32,000 nucleotides of DNA, from contig JBHLKY010000002.1 of the NCBI GenBank assembly GCA_048886185.1, forward strand, positions 271,538-303,537. Reading direction: 5' to 3'. Below the pieces are notes generated by a model. The model was not told where the DNA came from, did no database searches, and saw only the letters and a program-made list of their open reading frames with translations. The first letter of the stretch is position 1, and the number at the start of each line of letters is the position of its first letter. This stretch comes from Candidatus Hermodarchaeota archaeon. Lineage in GTDB: Archaea > Asgardarchaeota > Heimdallarchaeia > Hodarchaeales > Hodarchaeaceae. The position numbers and the translations under genes are program-made. Positions 8,500-17,709 of the stretch are shown piece by piece.

Positions 8500-10263
8500 T
8501 TATATTCCCCATTCCCTTTTCGTCTTTTTTGCTTCATTGATGTATGTAGCTACTTGTGCCTGTTCCAAACGTGATCCAAAAGGAGCATTACTTTGAATAA
8601 GGTACTCCCATTTCTCATATTGATTTTTTAATTGCTCCTTCTCCTTTAAAACTTTGTTAGTAAGCTGATGAATCTTTTTTTCCTTTGCAATCAGTTCGAC
8701 ATGATCTAAAAGCTGCTCTGATGCATTTAAATCACCTTCCACCATTGAAAGCTTAGCCTGCAGGATCAATGTATCAATAATTAAAGAATAGGATTTTTGT
8801 TTGTTAGCAATCTCATCTAAATTCTGAATCAACTCTTTGACTTTATAAAAAACTTCCTCCTCTTCATATACTCTTAGTTCATCAAGTAATAGCTCTGAAA
8901 GCTCAAACATTACTCGTACTGAGAGTGAGTGCTCAATAATTTCCTCCGATAATAGTTCTTCAAGAATTTCGGAAGATTTTACCTTCATCTTTGCCCTTTT
9001 ACTATTTTTTAATACCAAAGCTTTAGCTAAGCGATACCTTTGCCTGATTAGTATGTGTTCTTCTTTCACATTGATCTCTTGGAGTTGCTCTAAATATGAT
9101 TGAGCTTCTTGAGGAAATCCTGAATCCAATGAAAGATCTACTAGATTGAATAAAGGAAAAGTTGTATCAAGATTGACCCCAATCTCCTGAAATAAAGATA
9201 AACTCTTTTTAATCTGATCCAAAGCCTCCTCATATTTCCCCATTGACCTATAAATTTCCCCAATATTATTATAACATATCGCTATGTCATGATTATTCCC
9301 TACTTCCTGCAATAAGTCTAAAGAATCTTGATAGTAACGAAGAGCCTGCTCAAGCTCCCCTCTCGCATGAAAAATTAATCCTATGTTGTTCAAACACAAT
9401 GAAAGAGGAAGTTTCTGACCTAACTCTTTACTAATAACTAAACTTTTCTGAAGACTGCTTAAAGCTAAATTTAACTCTCCTTGATTCACATAAATTAGGC
9501 CAATGTTTAAATGTAACACCGTGATTTGACTAAGGTTTTCCAGTTCTTCAGCTAATAATAAACTCTTTTGAAAAAAGATTAAAGCATTCTGTAAATTACC
9601 TAATTTCCAATAATTCATCCCAAGATTATTTAATATCTTTACAGTTACCTTCTTATTATCAAATTTATCTAAAAATTTCAATGATTCTTGAAAATACTCG
9701 TTTGCGCTTTGATACTCGCCTTTTGAAATATGAATAATCCCTACCAAATTAAGACATTCCGCTATTTCATAATGATTTTTGTTTTCCCTCCTTTGAGTCA
9801 ATGCTTTTTGTGCAAATTCAAGTGCCATGTCATATTCAGCTGTTCTTATGAAAACTCGAGCTTTCAAGTAGTTCAAGTCAGATTTTTTTTGTCTTACATT
9901 CTTATCTAATCTATCCTCAAATACATAGAGAAGAACTTCTGCGTTTCTTATTAAGTTTAAACACGTTTTTAATTCACCAAGCTCTAATAATGCCCTTATT
10001 TTTAAGAGTAATCCACTAAATTCCGATGATTGATCTTCAGAGTGCTTAGCGATGTTGATAATCTTTTCAGTGAGATCTAATCCTGATTTAAATTCACCTA
10101 GTTCATATAAGATTAGAATTTCAAGAACTTGGGTCTCAATCGGGGCTACTTGTGTTATTTCACCAATTATCTTTAGCTGTTCAAATTTATCTAAGAGATC
10201 TTGAGTTTTTCCCTGATACATTAGATTTTTGAGTAGATTAAGATGATCAAAAGATGAAATCAT
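8500..10263 (-). CDS. Tetratricopeptide repeat protein (40-aa NLG/NIG repeats plus a conserved helical C-terminal module)
   Basis: Five consecutive 40-aa repeats (LNLVG, LNNLG, HLNIG, LNNIG, YNNIG). The start is ATG 10263 or TTG 10317. Confidence 0.9.
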   Translation of the reverse strand: MISSFDHLNLLKNLMYQGKTQDLLDKFEQLKIIGEITQVAPIETQVLEILILYELGEFKSGLDLTEKIINIAKHSEDQSSEFSGLLLKIRALLELGELKTCLNLIRNAEVLLYVFEDRLDKNVRQKKSDLNYLKARVFIRTAEYDMALEFAQKALTQRRENKNHYEIAECLNLVGIIHISKGEYQSANEYFQESLKFLDKFDNKKVTVKILNNLGMNYWKLGNLQNALIFFQKSLLLAEELENLSQITVLHLNIGLIYVNQGELNLALSSLQKSLVISKELGQKLPLSLCLNNIGLIFHARGELEQALRYYQDSLDLLQEVGNNHDIAICYNNIGEIYRSMGKYEEALDQIKKSLSLFQEIGVNLDTTFPLFNLVDLSLDSGFPQEAQSYLEQLQEINVKEEHILIRQRYRLAKALVLKNSKRAKMKVKSSEILEELLSEEIIEHSLSVRVMFELSELLLDELRVYEEEEVFYKVKELIQNLDEIANKQKSYSLIIDTLILQAKLSMVEGDLNASEQLLDHVELIAKEKKIHQLTNKVLKEKEQLKNQYEKWEYLIQSNAPFGSRLEQAQVATYINEAKKTKREWGI

Positions 10264-10559
10264 CTGGTTATCTTGCAATTTCTCTTTGATAGAGAAAAAT
10301 ACTTCTGAAATGGACAAGAAATAACCCTCTTATCGAATTTTCCTTTTAGTACAAGAATTGATTGGTAAGTAGTGTTTTTCTTCATTTCCTTTTTAGGTTT
10401 TAGTAACCTATTTTCTATAACTATTATTTCAGTTTTCAAGCATAAAAATGATAACCTATGGAACCATATATCATCGAGGAAATTAGCTTCTAATCCGTTG
10501 TATAAGCCCAAGCTGCATTTCTGTTTCGTGAGATGATCCTTGCTTGGTACTATTGTCAT
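10260..10559 (-). CDS. Possible small hypothetical protein (99 aa)
   Basis: ATG lies 35 nt after the SDR stop, and the TGA overlaps ATG 10263 of the TPR gene in an ATGA configuration. No recognisable motif, and the 3' half looks like AT-rich promoter DNA. Confidence 0.25.
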   Translation of the reverse strand: MTIVPSKDHLTKQKCSLGLYNGLEANFLDDIWFHRLSFLCLKTEIIVIENRLLKPKKEMKKNTTYQSILVLKGKFDKRVISCPFQKYFSLSKRNCKITR

Positions 10560-10594
10560 GTTGTTTCAGTAGTGGTCCAACGCTGTTGTAAGAC

Positions 10595-12151
10595 TCATTC
10601 GACTACATCTCGGTAACATTCCCGTGGGTAAAAATTTGATTCATTCTTATCGTGATTTGGATACCAAACTTGAGCGAAAAATGAATTTTGCCTAGCTTCT
10701 ATATCATAATTCCAGGGGGGAGGCAGGCATTTAGGACACCAATGTCCAGCTTTCAATACTGTAAATGGTTTAGCATTAAACTCGTGTTTAAAAGCACATT
10801 GCCACTTTAGAGTCATATACATATCACCATTCCATTTTGTAGAAAGACAAACTCCTCCTCTAAATTTGGCTGCTGTTTTAAGGTCGTTTAGCTCTAAAAT
10901 TTCTTTTGATTCATCATAACCGTGATGAAGTCGGTGACATTTGATATTCTCAGAGACCATCTCTGGCATATCTATTCGCCAATCAGGTATTGCTTCGTAG
11001 GTTTCATAGTTTTTGAAAAATGCTGATATCCTCAAATCATTACGATTTTTATACCAATAAACTGTGCCATTCTTTGATTCAGTTGCTAATTTTTCAAGTC
11101 GTTTGTAGGTTGCCTTTTCCACAGCATTTTGGATAAAAGAAATATGTTTACAAAGGCCACCAATTATTTTCAAATATAAAGGTCTATTCTGAGTAAGTGA
11201 TTTATAGTAATCTTCCATACTGTCTCCCCAATTATGAATATAATTATCTAAAATCTCACTATCCTCAAAATATTGCATATGAAAATTCCGTAATGCAAAC
11301 CAATTTCTTTTTGCCACTTTTTCTAGTTGTAAACCACTAATAGCAAAAATTCGCTTCATTAAATTGTAATAAGTAGTACGACAGGTAGGCCCTCCACCCA
11401 TGTTGTAAACTCTTCGCCAAAAGTCAGAATCATCAGAAATGTTCAAACAATTGATCAATCCTCGACCCGCATCCTCTTTTGTATTGTTTTCCATGAAGGA
11501 GTCTATAGGTTGATGAAACATGATTGGATCTTCTTGATTATCATGTGTCATGATATATGTCTGCCTTAAAGATACCCAGTGTTTGATATTAGACTCTAAT
11601 ACAGCTCTTTCCCCTGCAATTTTTGTTACAGCATAGAAATCGAAAATTGAAGGCTTCAAAGGATCACCCACTCTCCCTATATGAATAGTTTGAAGTCTAT
11701 CACCAGTCTCAGCCACAGTCCCAACATAAACAAGTTTAATACGATCATTACCGTTAGGTTGGGATTCAATTGCCCTAATAATGTGTTTAATTGCTGTTGT
11801 ATTGACTGCTTCTGCGAGTTCAGGATTTAAATCAGCATCAGGTGAGATAAAAGCCATTGGACATAGACACCAATCTATTCCTTTACAAGCTTCAAAAATG
11901 TCTTCATAATTCGTGGCGTCTCCCCAAACAATCTTCAATGGAGGATTTTCAACAACTCCTCTTCCTGGGATCGATATTATACCACATTTTCTTTCGTATT
12001 TTCTAAAAAGTTGCTTATTTTTCTTTGAGGGTCGTTGTAAAAGAACAATCTCATAAGTATCCCGCTTTTCCCATAAATTCTTAAACGCTTCAAATCCCAT
12101 TGATCCAGAAGCTCCAGCTAAGAAGACCTTTTCTTTTTTCAGTCTATACAC
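10595..12151 (-). CDS. NAD-dependent epimerase/dehydratase (extended SDR) with a C-terminal zinc-ribbon domain
   Basis: GASGSMG, IVWGDAT, YAVTK (YxxxK) and SLRQT; C-terminal RGGVCLS...WQCAFKHEF...GHWCPKC. GTG start. Confidence 0.85.
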   Translation of the reverse strand: MYRLKKEKVFLAGASGSMGFEAFKNLWEKRDTYEIVLLQRPSKKNKQLFRKYERKCGIISIPGRGVVENPPLKIVWGDATNYEDIFEACKGIDWCLCPMAFISPDADLNPELAEAVNTTAIKHIIRAIESQPNGNDRIKLVYVGTVAETGDRLQTIHIGRVGDPLKPSIFDFYAVTKIAGERAVLESNIKHWVSLRQTYIMTHDNQEDPIMFHQPIDSFMENNTKEDAGRGLINCLNISDDSDFWRRVYNMGGGPTCRTTYYNLMKRIFAISGLQLEKVAKRNWFALRNFHMQYFEDSEILDNYIHNWGDSMEDYYKSLTQNRPLYLKIIGGLCKHISFIQNAVEKATYKRLEKLATESKNGTVYWYKNRNDLRISAFFKNYETYEAIPDWRIDMPEMVSENIKCHRLHHGYDESKEILELNDLKTAAKFRGGVCLSTKWNGDMYMTLKWQCAFKHEFNAKPFTVLKAGHWCPKCLPPPWNYDIEARQNSFFAQVWYPNHDKNESNFYPRECYRDVVE

Positions 12152-12430
12152 CTTAAAATAAGCAAATCAATTACTCAATTTAATCAAGCACAAATAAACT
12201 TATCAAATTCTTTTATTACACTTGTGTGAATTTCCTCTTATTTAACCAATGTGTGATGTAGGTTAAAGTTCATTAGTTTTACAATATTATAAGTTAAAAA
12301 CAACCATTATCAATAGAAGAAAATATCTACAAAGCCCATTTGCAGGAAATGCGGTTTGCTAAATAAAATTTTGAATCATAAAGTGTAATAGATGAGGTAT
12401 TAGAGGAAACTAAAGCGTTTAATGCCACAA

Positions 12431-13411
12431 TTACTTGAATAAAGCCAATGCATTCTTATGATATATTTTTTCTAGAGTCATTTTAGACAAATTTAATCCA
12501 TTTATTATTGGATTTTCTGGATTATCTTTGTCTTTAAACGGTAATGGAGCCCGATGAGATGTTTCCCAAAATAAACGTTGAGACCAGTATCGGCTCCCCC
12601 AAAAATATTCACGATGGTATTTACCAAGAAAGAATCTTATATTAAATTCTAAATTTCCAAGATCTGTCCCAAACAATATTCGATCTTGATATTTTTCAAA
12701 CCATTCTTTAGATCTTTTAACATCTTTCCCAAGTTCACGTATCATCCACCGAGTAGATGCAGTATCTACAAATAATTGAGGATGGTCATCAAGTAATTCA
12801 CTTAATCTATTTAGATTTTCAGGTAAACATCCTAGATGGACTGAAATCATGGTAATTTTGGGAAAATTTTCAAGAAGATTTGAGAAATCATTAATTCGAT
12901 CTTCTTTCAACCCATACTTCTGTATATTTCTGTATTTATTCTTATACGAAATGTCTGGATCTGCGACATGCACTAAAACAGTCATTCCATAATCTTCTAT
13001 CTGAGAATAAACAGAATCCAATCTATGATCGTTAATTCTAAATGGTTTTTTATTCCTAGTAAAAAATTGAAACATTGGACCAAAAAAAATCTTCAAAAAT
13101 TGAATCTCATTCGTGTGAGCCTTATCAATCTGGTCTTGGAGTTTATGAACCTTAAATTTTAAAAAATCATATGAACTCAGATAATCACAAAAAATAATAT
13201 TATAAACTCCCTCTTTAGATTCTAATTTTCTTTTTAAGTCTCGATTTCCTATTCCTAATATTTTTTCAACACCAAATCTTTTAATATATTCTAAGTAGTC
13301 ATTTAAATATCTATAACCCCAGATATGGACATGAGAATCAAAAATCTTGTAGTTGTAGTCGTTTTCAAGATTGATTAACGGATTTGAAACTGAGAATATC
13401 GTCTCAACCAT
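12431..13411 (-). CDS. Amidohydrolase family protein (amidohydrolase_2-like TIM barrel)
   Basis: IFDSHVH, VLVHVAD, ISVHLG, LFVDTA, DRILFGTD. The start is ATG 13411 or TTG 13426. Confidence 0.85.
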   Translation of the reverse strand: MVETIFSVSNPLINLENDYNYKIFDSHVHIWGYRYLNDYLEYIKRFGVEKILGIGNRDLKRKLESKEGVYNIIFCDYLSSYDFLKFKVHKLQDQIDKAHTNEIQFLKIFFGPMFQFFTRNKKPFRINDHRLDSVYSQIEDYGMTVLVHVADPDISYKNKYRNIQKYGLKEDRINDFSNLLENFPKITMISVHLGCLPENLNRLSELLDDHPQLFVDTASTRWMIRELGKDVKRSKEWFEKYQDRILFGTDLGNLEFNIRFFLGKYHREYFWGSRYWSQRLFWETSHRAPLPFKDKDNPENPIINGLNLSKMTLEKIYHKNALALFK

Positions 13412-13692
13412 CCTATTGATTTTCAAATTATTGAAATTAGATTGATTAGTGTCTTAGTCATGCTCCGAAAGCAATAATAAATATTTTACTGAGTAATACC
13501 TTTTCGTGATTACTGGTAGTACGCTTTTGAAGGTTACAGATAGGCTCCAAATTATAATTACATGAATAAAATGGAGTCACATTATTTAATCTCTAATTCT
13601 ATTCTGTTGCAAACCTTTTTGAATGAACAATGGCGTTTGGATAAAAGCAATTTCAGACCAAAAGATTGTTTGTTTATCAATTTAAAAAAAAA

Positions 13693-13697
13693 AGGAG
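13693..13697 (+). promoter_or_regulatory. Shine-Dalgarno-like motif for the DUF4386 gene
   Basis: AGGAG lies 8 nt upstream of TTG 13706. Confidence 0.5.
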
Positions 13698-13705
13698 AAT
13701 AAAAA

Positions 13706-14386
13706 TTGAATTCTGAGAAATTACCCGCAAGAATTGTAGGAGTCTTATTCATAACTGCGACGGTTGCAGCCATAGTAAGTGGTGTTTTTATATTACCAAT
13801 TATAGGAGCTTCAGATTATCTGGCTGAAGTTTCTGCGAATGAAACCCAAGTAGTGCTTGGAGCGATATTTTATTTTATTATGGCAGCTGCAGGGGCGGGT
13901 ATTGTAATTCCGATGTATCCAATCTTAAAAAAGTATAATGAGGGCATGGCTTTTGGGGCCGTTGGTTTCAGGATTATTGAAGGCGCTATCTTTATGGTTG
14001 GTGTAATGTGTTTATTAGCACTAGTGCCATTAAGTCAAGAATATGTGGAATCAGGAGCTTCAACTGATTCCTATTTTCAAATTATAGGTGAATTATTATT
14101 AACAGGATATACTGTCGATCAGGCTGTTGTACCAGGGGTATTTGCTTTTAGCATTGGTGCTCTGATGTATTATTCCATATTTTATCAAACAAAACTTGTT
14201 CCTCGATGGTTATCAGTTTGGGGTCTTCTTGGGATCATATTGGGGATTTTGAATGGCTTGTTCGATATGTTCGGTGGTATTGATGAGATGATCTCGATGT
14301 TGCTAGATCTACCAATTTTTGTGAATGAAATGGTTCTAGCGATATGGTTGATAGTTAAAGGATTCAACACATCTACAATTGAATAG
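13706..14386 (+). CDS. DUF4386 family multi-pass membrane protein
   Basis: ARIVGVLFITAT, YPILKKYNE, GFRIIEG, LVPRWLSVWG, EMVLAIWLIVKGF; about 6 TM helices. Confidence 0.8.
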   Translation: MNSEKLPARIVGVLFITATVAAIVSGVFILPIIGASDYLAEVSANETQVVLGAIFYFIMAAAGAGIVIPMYPILKKYNEGMAFGAVGFRIIEGAIFMVGVMCLLALVPLSQEYVESGASTDSYFQIIGELLLTGYTVDQAVVPGVFAFSIGALMYYSIFYQTKLVPRWLSVWGLLGIILGILNGLFDMFGGIDEMISMLLDLPIFVNEMVLAIWLIVKGFNTSTIE

Positions 14387-14400
14387 AAAAAAATTCTCAA

Positions 14401-14840
14401 ATGAAAGCAATTGTACAGACAAAATACGAACCACCAGAGGTTCTTCAGCTCAAAGAGGTAGAAAATCCACTCCCAAAGATAATGAAGTACTGGTAAAGAT
14501 TTTTGCAGCATCCGTAAATGCAATCGACCCGCTTATCGTGAGAAGAAAACCTTTCTTTCTCCGTCTAACAGCAGGGGGGATTCTAAAACCAAAACACAAC
14601 CATACAATACTAGGAGATGACATATCGGGGCAGGTTGAAATAGTTGGTAGAGACGTGGAGCAGTTTCAGCCTGGTGATGAGGTATTCGGAAATAGCAATT
14701 GGGGTGACTTTGCTGAGTATAGGTGTGTTCCAGAAGAACGATTAGTACTAAAACCAGCTAATATATCGTTTGAGGAAGCAGCAGCCGTACCTATAGCAAC
14801 AATTACCGCTCTACAGGGTCTCCATGATAAAAAACAGATT
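14401..14840 (+). pseudogene. Frameshifted and 3'-truncated MDR oxidoreductase (ADH_N-like half only)
   Basis: ATG 14401 gives MKAIVQTKYEPPEVLQLKEVE. A -1 shift near 14463-14470 continues as TPKDNEVLVKIFAASVN...GDDISGQVEIVGRDVEQFQPGDEVFG...KPANISFEEAAAVP..ITALQGL. Homology stops before the Rossmann GASG motif. Confidence 0.85.
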
Positions 14841-17105
14841 CTAACCAGACAATTGATCACTTTCCTTTTCTCTCAACCTTCTAATGGAAAGCTCTAACGC
14901 TCCTTTTAAGATTCGAAGAAATGAAATCCCCTTAGGTGTAATTATATAATTTCTAAAGCGACCATCCTTAAGGACTTGAGGAGAAACAAATCGTTCCAAA
15001 TATTCTAATTCCATTAAACGGTTTATTTCATAAGAAACAGTCGTGGGAGGAATATCTAAGGTCTTAGCTAATCTCATTGGATTCGTTTCTTCAGGATGCT
15101 GATAAGCAATCTCGATTAATGTTAAGACTGTTCTTCCTTTTAATCCTGATATTAATTCATCTCTAAAGTCAGAGGGAAAATACTCAACAAGAGTTGTCGG
15201 TTCTACAGGTTCTAGCAAAGGAATATCTTGGTGTTCTGAAATGATCGCTGATTGGATGTTTTCTAGACCAATAATTACTTTACCATAAACAGATTTTAAA
15301 AAATCAATCTGATCTGAAGGAAAAAAATCAATGATCGTTTTTGGAACTCTTGTTTTGGATGTATACAAGAAGTAACTAACCCCAACCATCAAAATTAGAC
15401 TAGCAACTACAATGAACAATTGAATAACAAATTGATTGCCTCCTGAAGACATATTGGCAATTGTGAATGTTTTCGAGATCTCTGCAACAATAAGTCCCTC
15501 ATCGCACTTTGCTTCTATCTTGAGTAAATAGGTGGAACCATCGGCCACTTTAGTTGTATCCCATTTGAAGTGTGTAGCTGTTAAGTTCGAGGCGAGGACT
15601 ATCCATTCCTCTCCCTGATCTGGTGAATAATAGACAACGTAAGTGATGCCATGCTGCAAGGAATCTAATGATGCAGTCCATGTAAGGATGACTATACCAG
15701 TGAGAGGGGTTTGGGGGAGCAAAAGGTTTGGATTGTACATCAAATGACCATGATCCAGTTCTAAAGTGACAAGGGGATGTGAATCTTTGTTTTCTATTAC
15801 TCCTTTCACAGGGTAGGGTTCATCTACGATCCCGTCTTTATTGTTATCAGGTGACACCCAGTCATCCCAGTAATTAAAGGCAAATGTATTGTTTGATCCT
15901 CCATCCTTGGCTTGATGTTCAGGAGCATAATTGTCTGTAAAATTATTAAATGTAAAAATGTTGTAATGTGTGTTCCCTTCAATTCTTATTGCTTCCATGT
16001 TATTATCACAAAATACATTCTCAGTAAATGTATTGAAATCTGAATCAAAGAGAACAGCACCTACTATTCCGTTTTTGAGTATCCTATTTGTTGAAAATGT
16101 GTTATTATGGGAAGAAAGCTCTAAATCAATTCCTAGATTGAAATTCGCTTGTGCTGTATTATTCCAGATTATGTTTCCTGTTGAATAGTAGAGACTAATC
16201 CCTCCCATGTTATTCAACACATAATTGGACGAAATATTGTTCTGCGAGGAATTATACAAAGAGATCCCTATTATTGTGTCCTGAACTTCATTTTGGGAGA
16301 TTACATTCCCTGATGCGTGTATGAGGTCTATCCCATTCACATCACTCCCATAAATCGTGTTCTTAGAAATGATGTTGGAATTCGATTGCTCAAGCTGTAT
16401 TCCCGCACCAGTATTATTGTAGATGGTATTTCCGACTAGAGTGTTATTGGAGGTCTCGATATTCAGCCAGATCGCCATCTCCTGATTTCTGTAAATACTA
16501 TTATTGACAATACAAATATTGTTTCCACCAACGTTTATGCCCATCTGGTTACCAAAAATAAAGTTGTTGATAATTAAATTGTGAGAGGATGAGTGTTCAA
16601 AAACGATTCCTCCATCTATAGCATCATTATTGCATATGATGTTATTCTCAATTGTGCCATGTTGAACATTAGAGAAATGAATGCCTTCCGTCGCGGCGTT
16701 TGAACCATTAAGCAGATTATTTCGAATGATGAAGTAGAGAATAGTGTCACTGATAAATATGAGTGGTCCTTCTGTTGCTGTAATGGAGTACTCTTCAATT
16801 ACAATCGGATTAGCCATTGTCCCTTCTCCTACCCAATTCTTTATAGTCGCTTGAGTAATAAAATCCTCGTCACCATAGATAAAAATAGGTTCATAAGGAG
16901 TATAGAGATGAATATTACGGGCTATTTGAGGAGTTGTCAGAGAGAATGCTTGCGTTCTTGAAAAAGGGTCGTTATTGGGATTTTGTAAGTTTTGATTTTC
17001 AGTCCAAGCAATGCCTCCTAGCAATAGAATATTAAGAAGAAGCACGTATATGGAATGTTTCAATTTAAAACGACACAATGTATCCCATATAACTGCTTTT
17101 GACAT
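14841..17105 (-). CDS. Single-pass membrane protein: signal/anchor, NosD/CASH parallel beta-helix, FnIII-like domain, TM helix, cytoplasmic winged helix-turn-helix
   Basis: N-terminal hydrophobic IYVLLLNILLLGGIAW; many GI-x-L-x-x-S-x-N-N-x-I-x-x-N repeats; NYWDDW...DNNKDGIVD; LTWTAS...YVVYYS...YLLKIEA; TM FVIQLFIVVASLILMVGVSYFLY; HTH PMRLAKTLDIPPTTVSYEINRL; wing DGRFRNYIITPKG. The start is ATG 17105 or TTG 17126. Confidence 0.87.
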   Translation of the reverse strand: MSKAVIWDTLCRFKLKHSIYVLLLNILLLGGIAWTENQNLQNPNNDPFSRTQAFSLTTPQIARNIHLYTPYEPIFIYGDEDFITQATIKNWVGEGTMANPIVIEEYSITATEGPLIFISDTILYFIIRNNLLNGSNAATEGIHFSNVQHGTIENNIICNNDAIDGGIVFEHSSSHNLIINNFIFGNQMGINVGGNNICIVNNSIYRNQEMAIWLNIETSNNTLVGNTIYNNTGAGIQLEQSNSNIISKNTIYGSDVNGIDLIHASGNVISQNEVQDTIIGISLYNSSQNNISSNYVLNNMGGISLYYSTGNIIWNNTAQANFNLGIDLELSSHNNTFSTNRILKNGIVGAVLFDSDFNTFTENVFCDNNMEAIRIEGNTHYNIFTFNNFTDNYAPEHQAKDGGSNNTFAFNYWDDWVSPDNNKDGIVDEPYPVKGVIENKDSHPLVTLELDHGHLMYNPNLLLPQTPLTGIVILTWTASLDSLQHGITYVVYYSPDQGEEWIVLASNLTATHFKWDTTKVADGSTYLLKIEAKCDEGLIVAEISKTFTIANMSSGGNQFVIQLFIVVASLILMVGVSYFLYTSKTRVPKTIIDFFPSDQIDFLKSVYGKVIIGLENIQSAIISEHQDIPLLEPVEPTTLVEYFPSDFRDELISGLKGRTVLTLIEIAYQHPEETNPMRLAKTLDIPPTTVSYEINRLMELEYLERFVSPQVLKDGRFRNYIITPKGISFLRILKGALELSIRRLREKESDQLSG

Positions 17106-17709
17106 TATAATCACGAGTTTTGTCAAATTAGAAATAAAACCATAAGTTAAAAATTTAAAATAAAAATAATTCCATTATCAAGTTTACGACTTTCTTCTAG
17201 AAAGAATGGATGAATTCTCTCCAGAATGGATTGACAATCCCAATACAGACGAATATATATTGCCAGACCATAAAAGTTCTATCAAAAAGAGTAAAGATTT
17301 CTAGCCAAGAGCTCTTCCGATAGATTCGAGGATATTTAATACATTTATCACAGATATGCAATAACCAACTATATACAATATCTCTTTGACTTCAGGTCTG
17401 GACAAGACACAGAGAGCCATGATAGCAAAAACTATATCAAACGGAATTTTGTACAAAATCAGATTCCACTGGTTAGGAATTTTTAAAATTGCCTACCAAT
17501 CCATTAGAGTTCCACTCTATTTTTTTCTATTTGGAAAATTCCATTTGGGAAAAGGTGTTGTAAGTGCAGTGATAGATCCTGCAGGTATTTGGAATCGTTT
17601 TTTACATGTGAATGAAAATCTGTAACTGAGAGCGGTTGTATTCATGTTTAATATCAACACATTCCTGATTAGAGTGATGTTGTTCCTTAAAACAATTAGA
17701 TTATTAACC

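Noticed and set aside
14455-14475. Programmed -1 ribosomal frameshift in the MDR gene
   Set aside because: There is no X-XXY-YYZ heptamer or obvious downstream structure, and the gene is also truncated. A 1-nt deletion is the simpler explanation.
14379-14897. ORF-track 172-aa protein starting MNRKKFSNESN
   Set aside because: The first ~28 aa and the last ~18 aa are out-of-frame or antisense-derived. The real homologous start is ATG 14401 in another frame, so I annotated it as a pseudogene.
17577-17588. 12-nt inverted match to bases 1-12 (ATACCTGCAGGA; minus frame QIPAGSITAL resembling the MDR motif)
   Set aside because: The match is mostly the palindrome CCTGCAGG, and the flanking translation does not resemble MDR enzymes. 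Probably chance.
17386-17660. 79-aa plus-strand ORF, and a minus-strand TDFHSHV (metal-binding-like DxHxH) fragment at 17603-17626
   Set aside because: No supporting motifs extend beyond a few residues and there is no RBS. These may be relics but I cannot support them.
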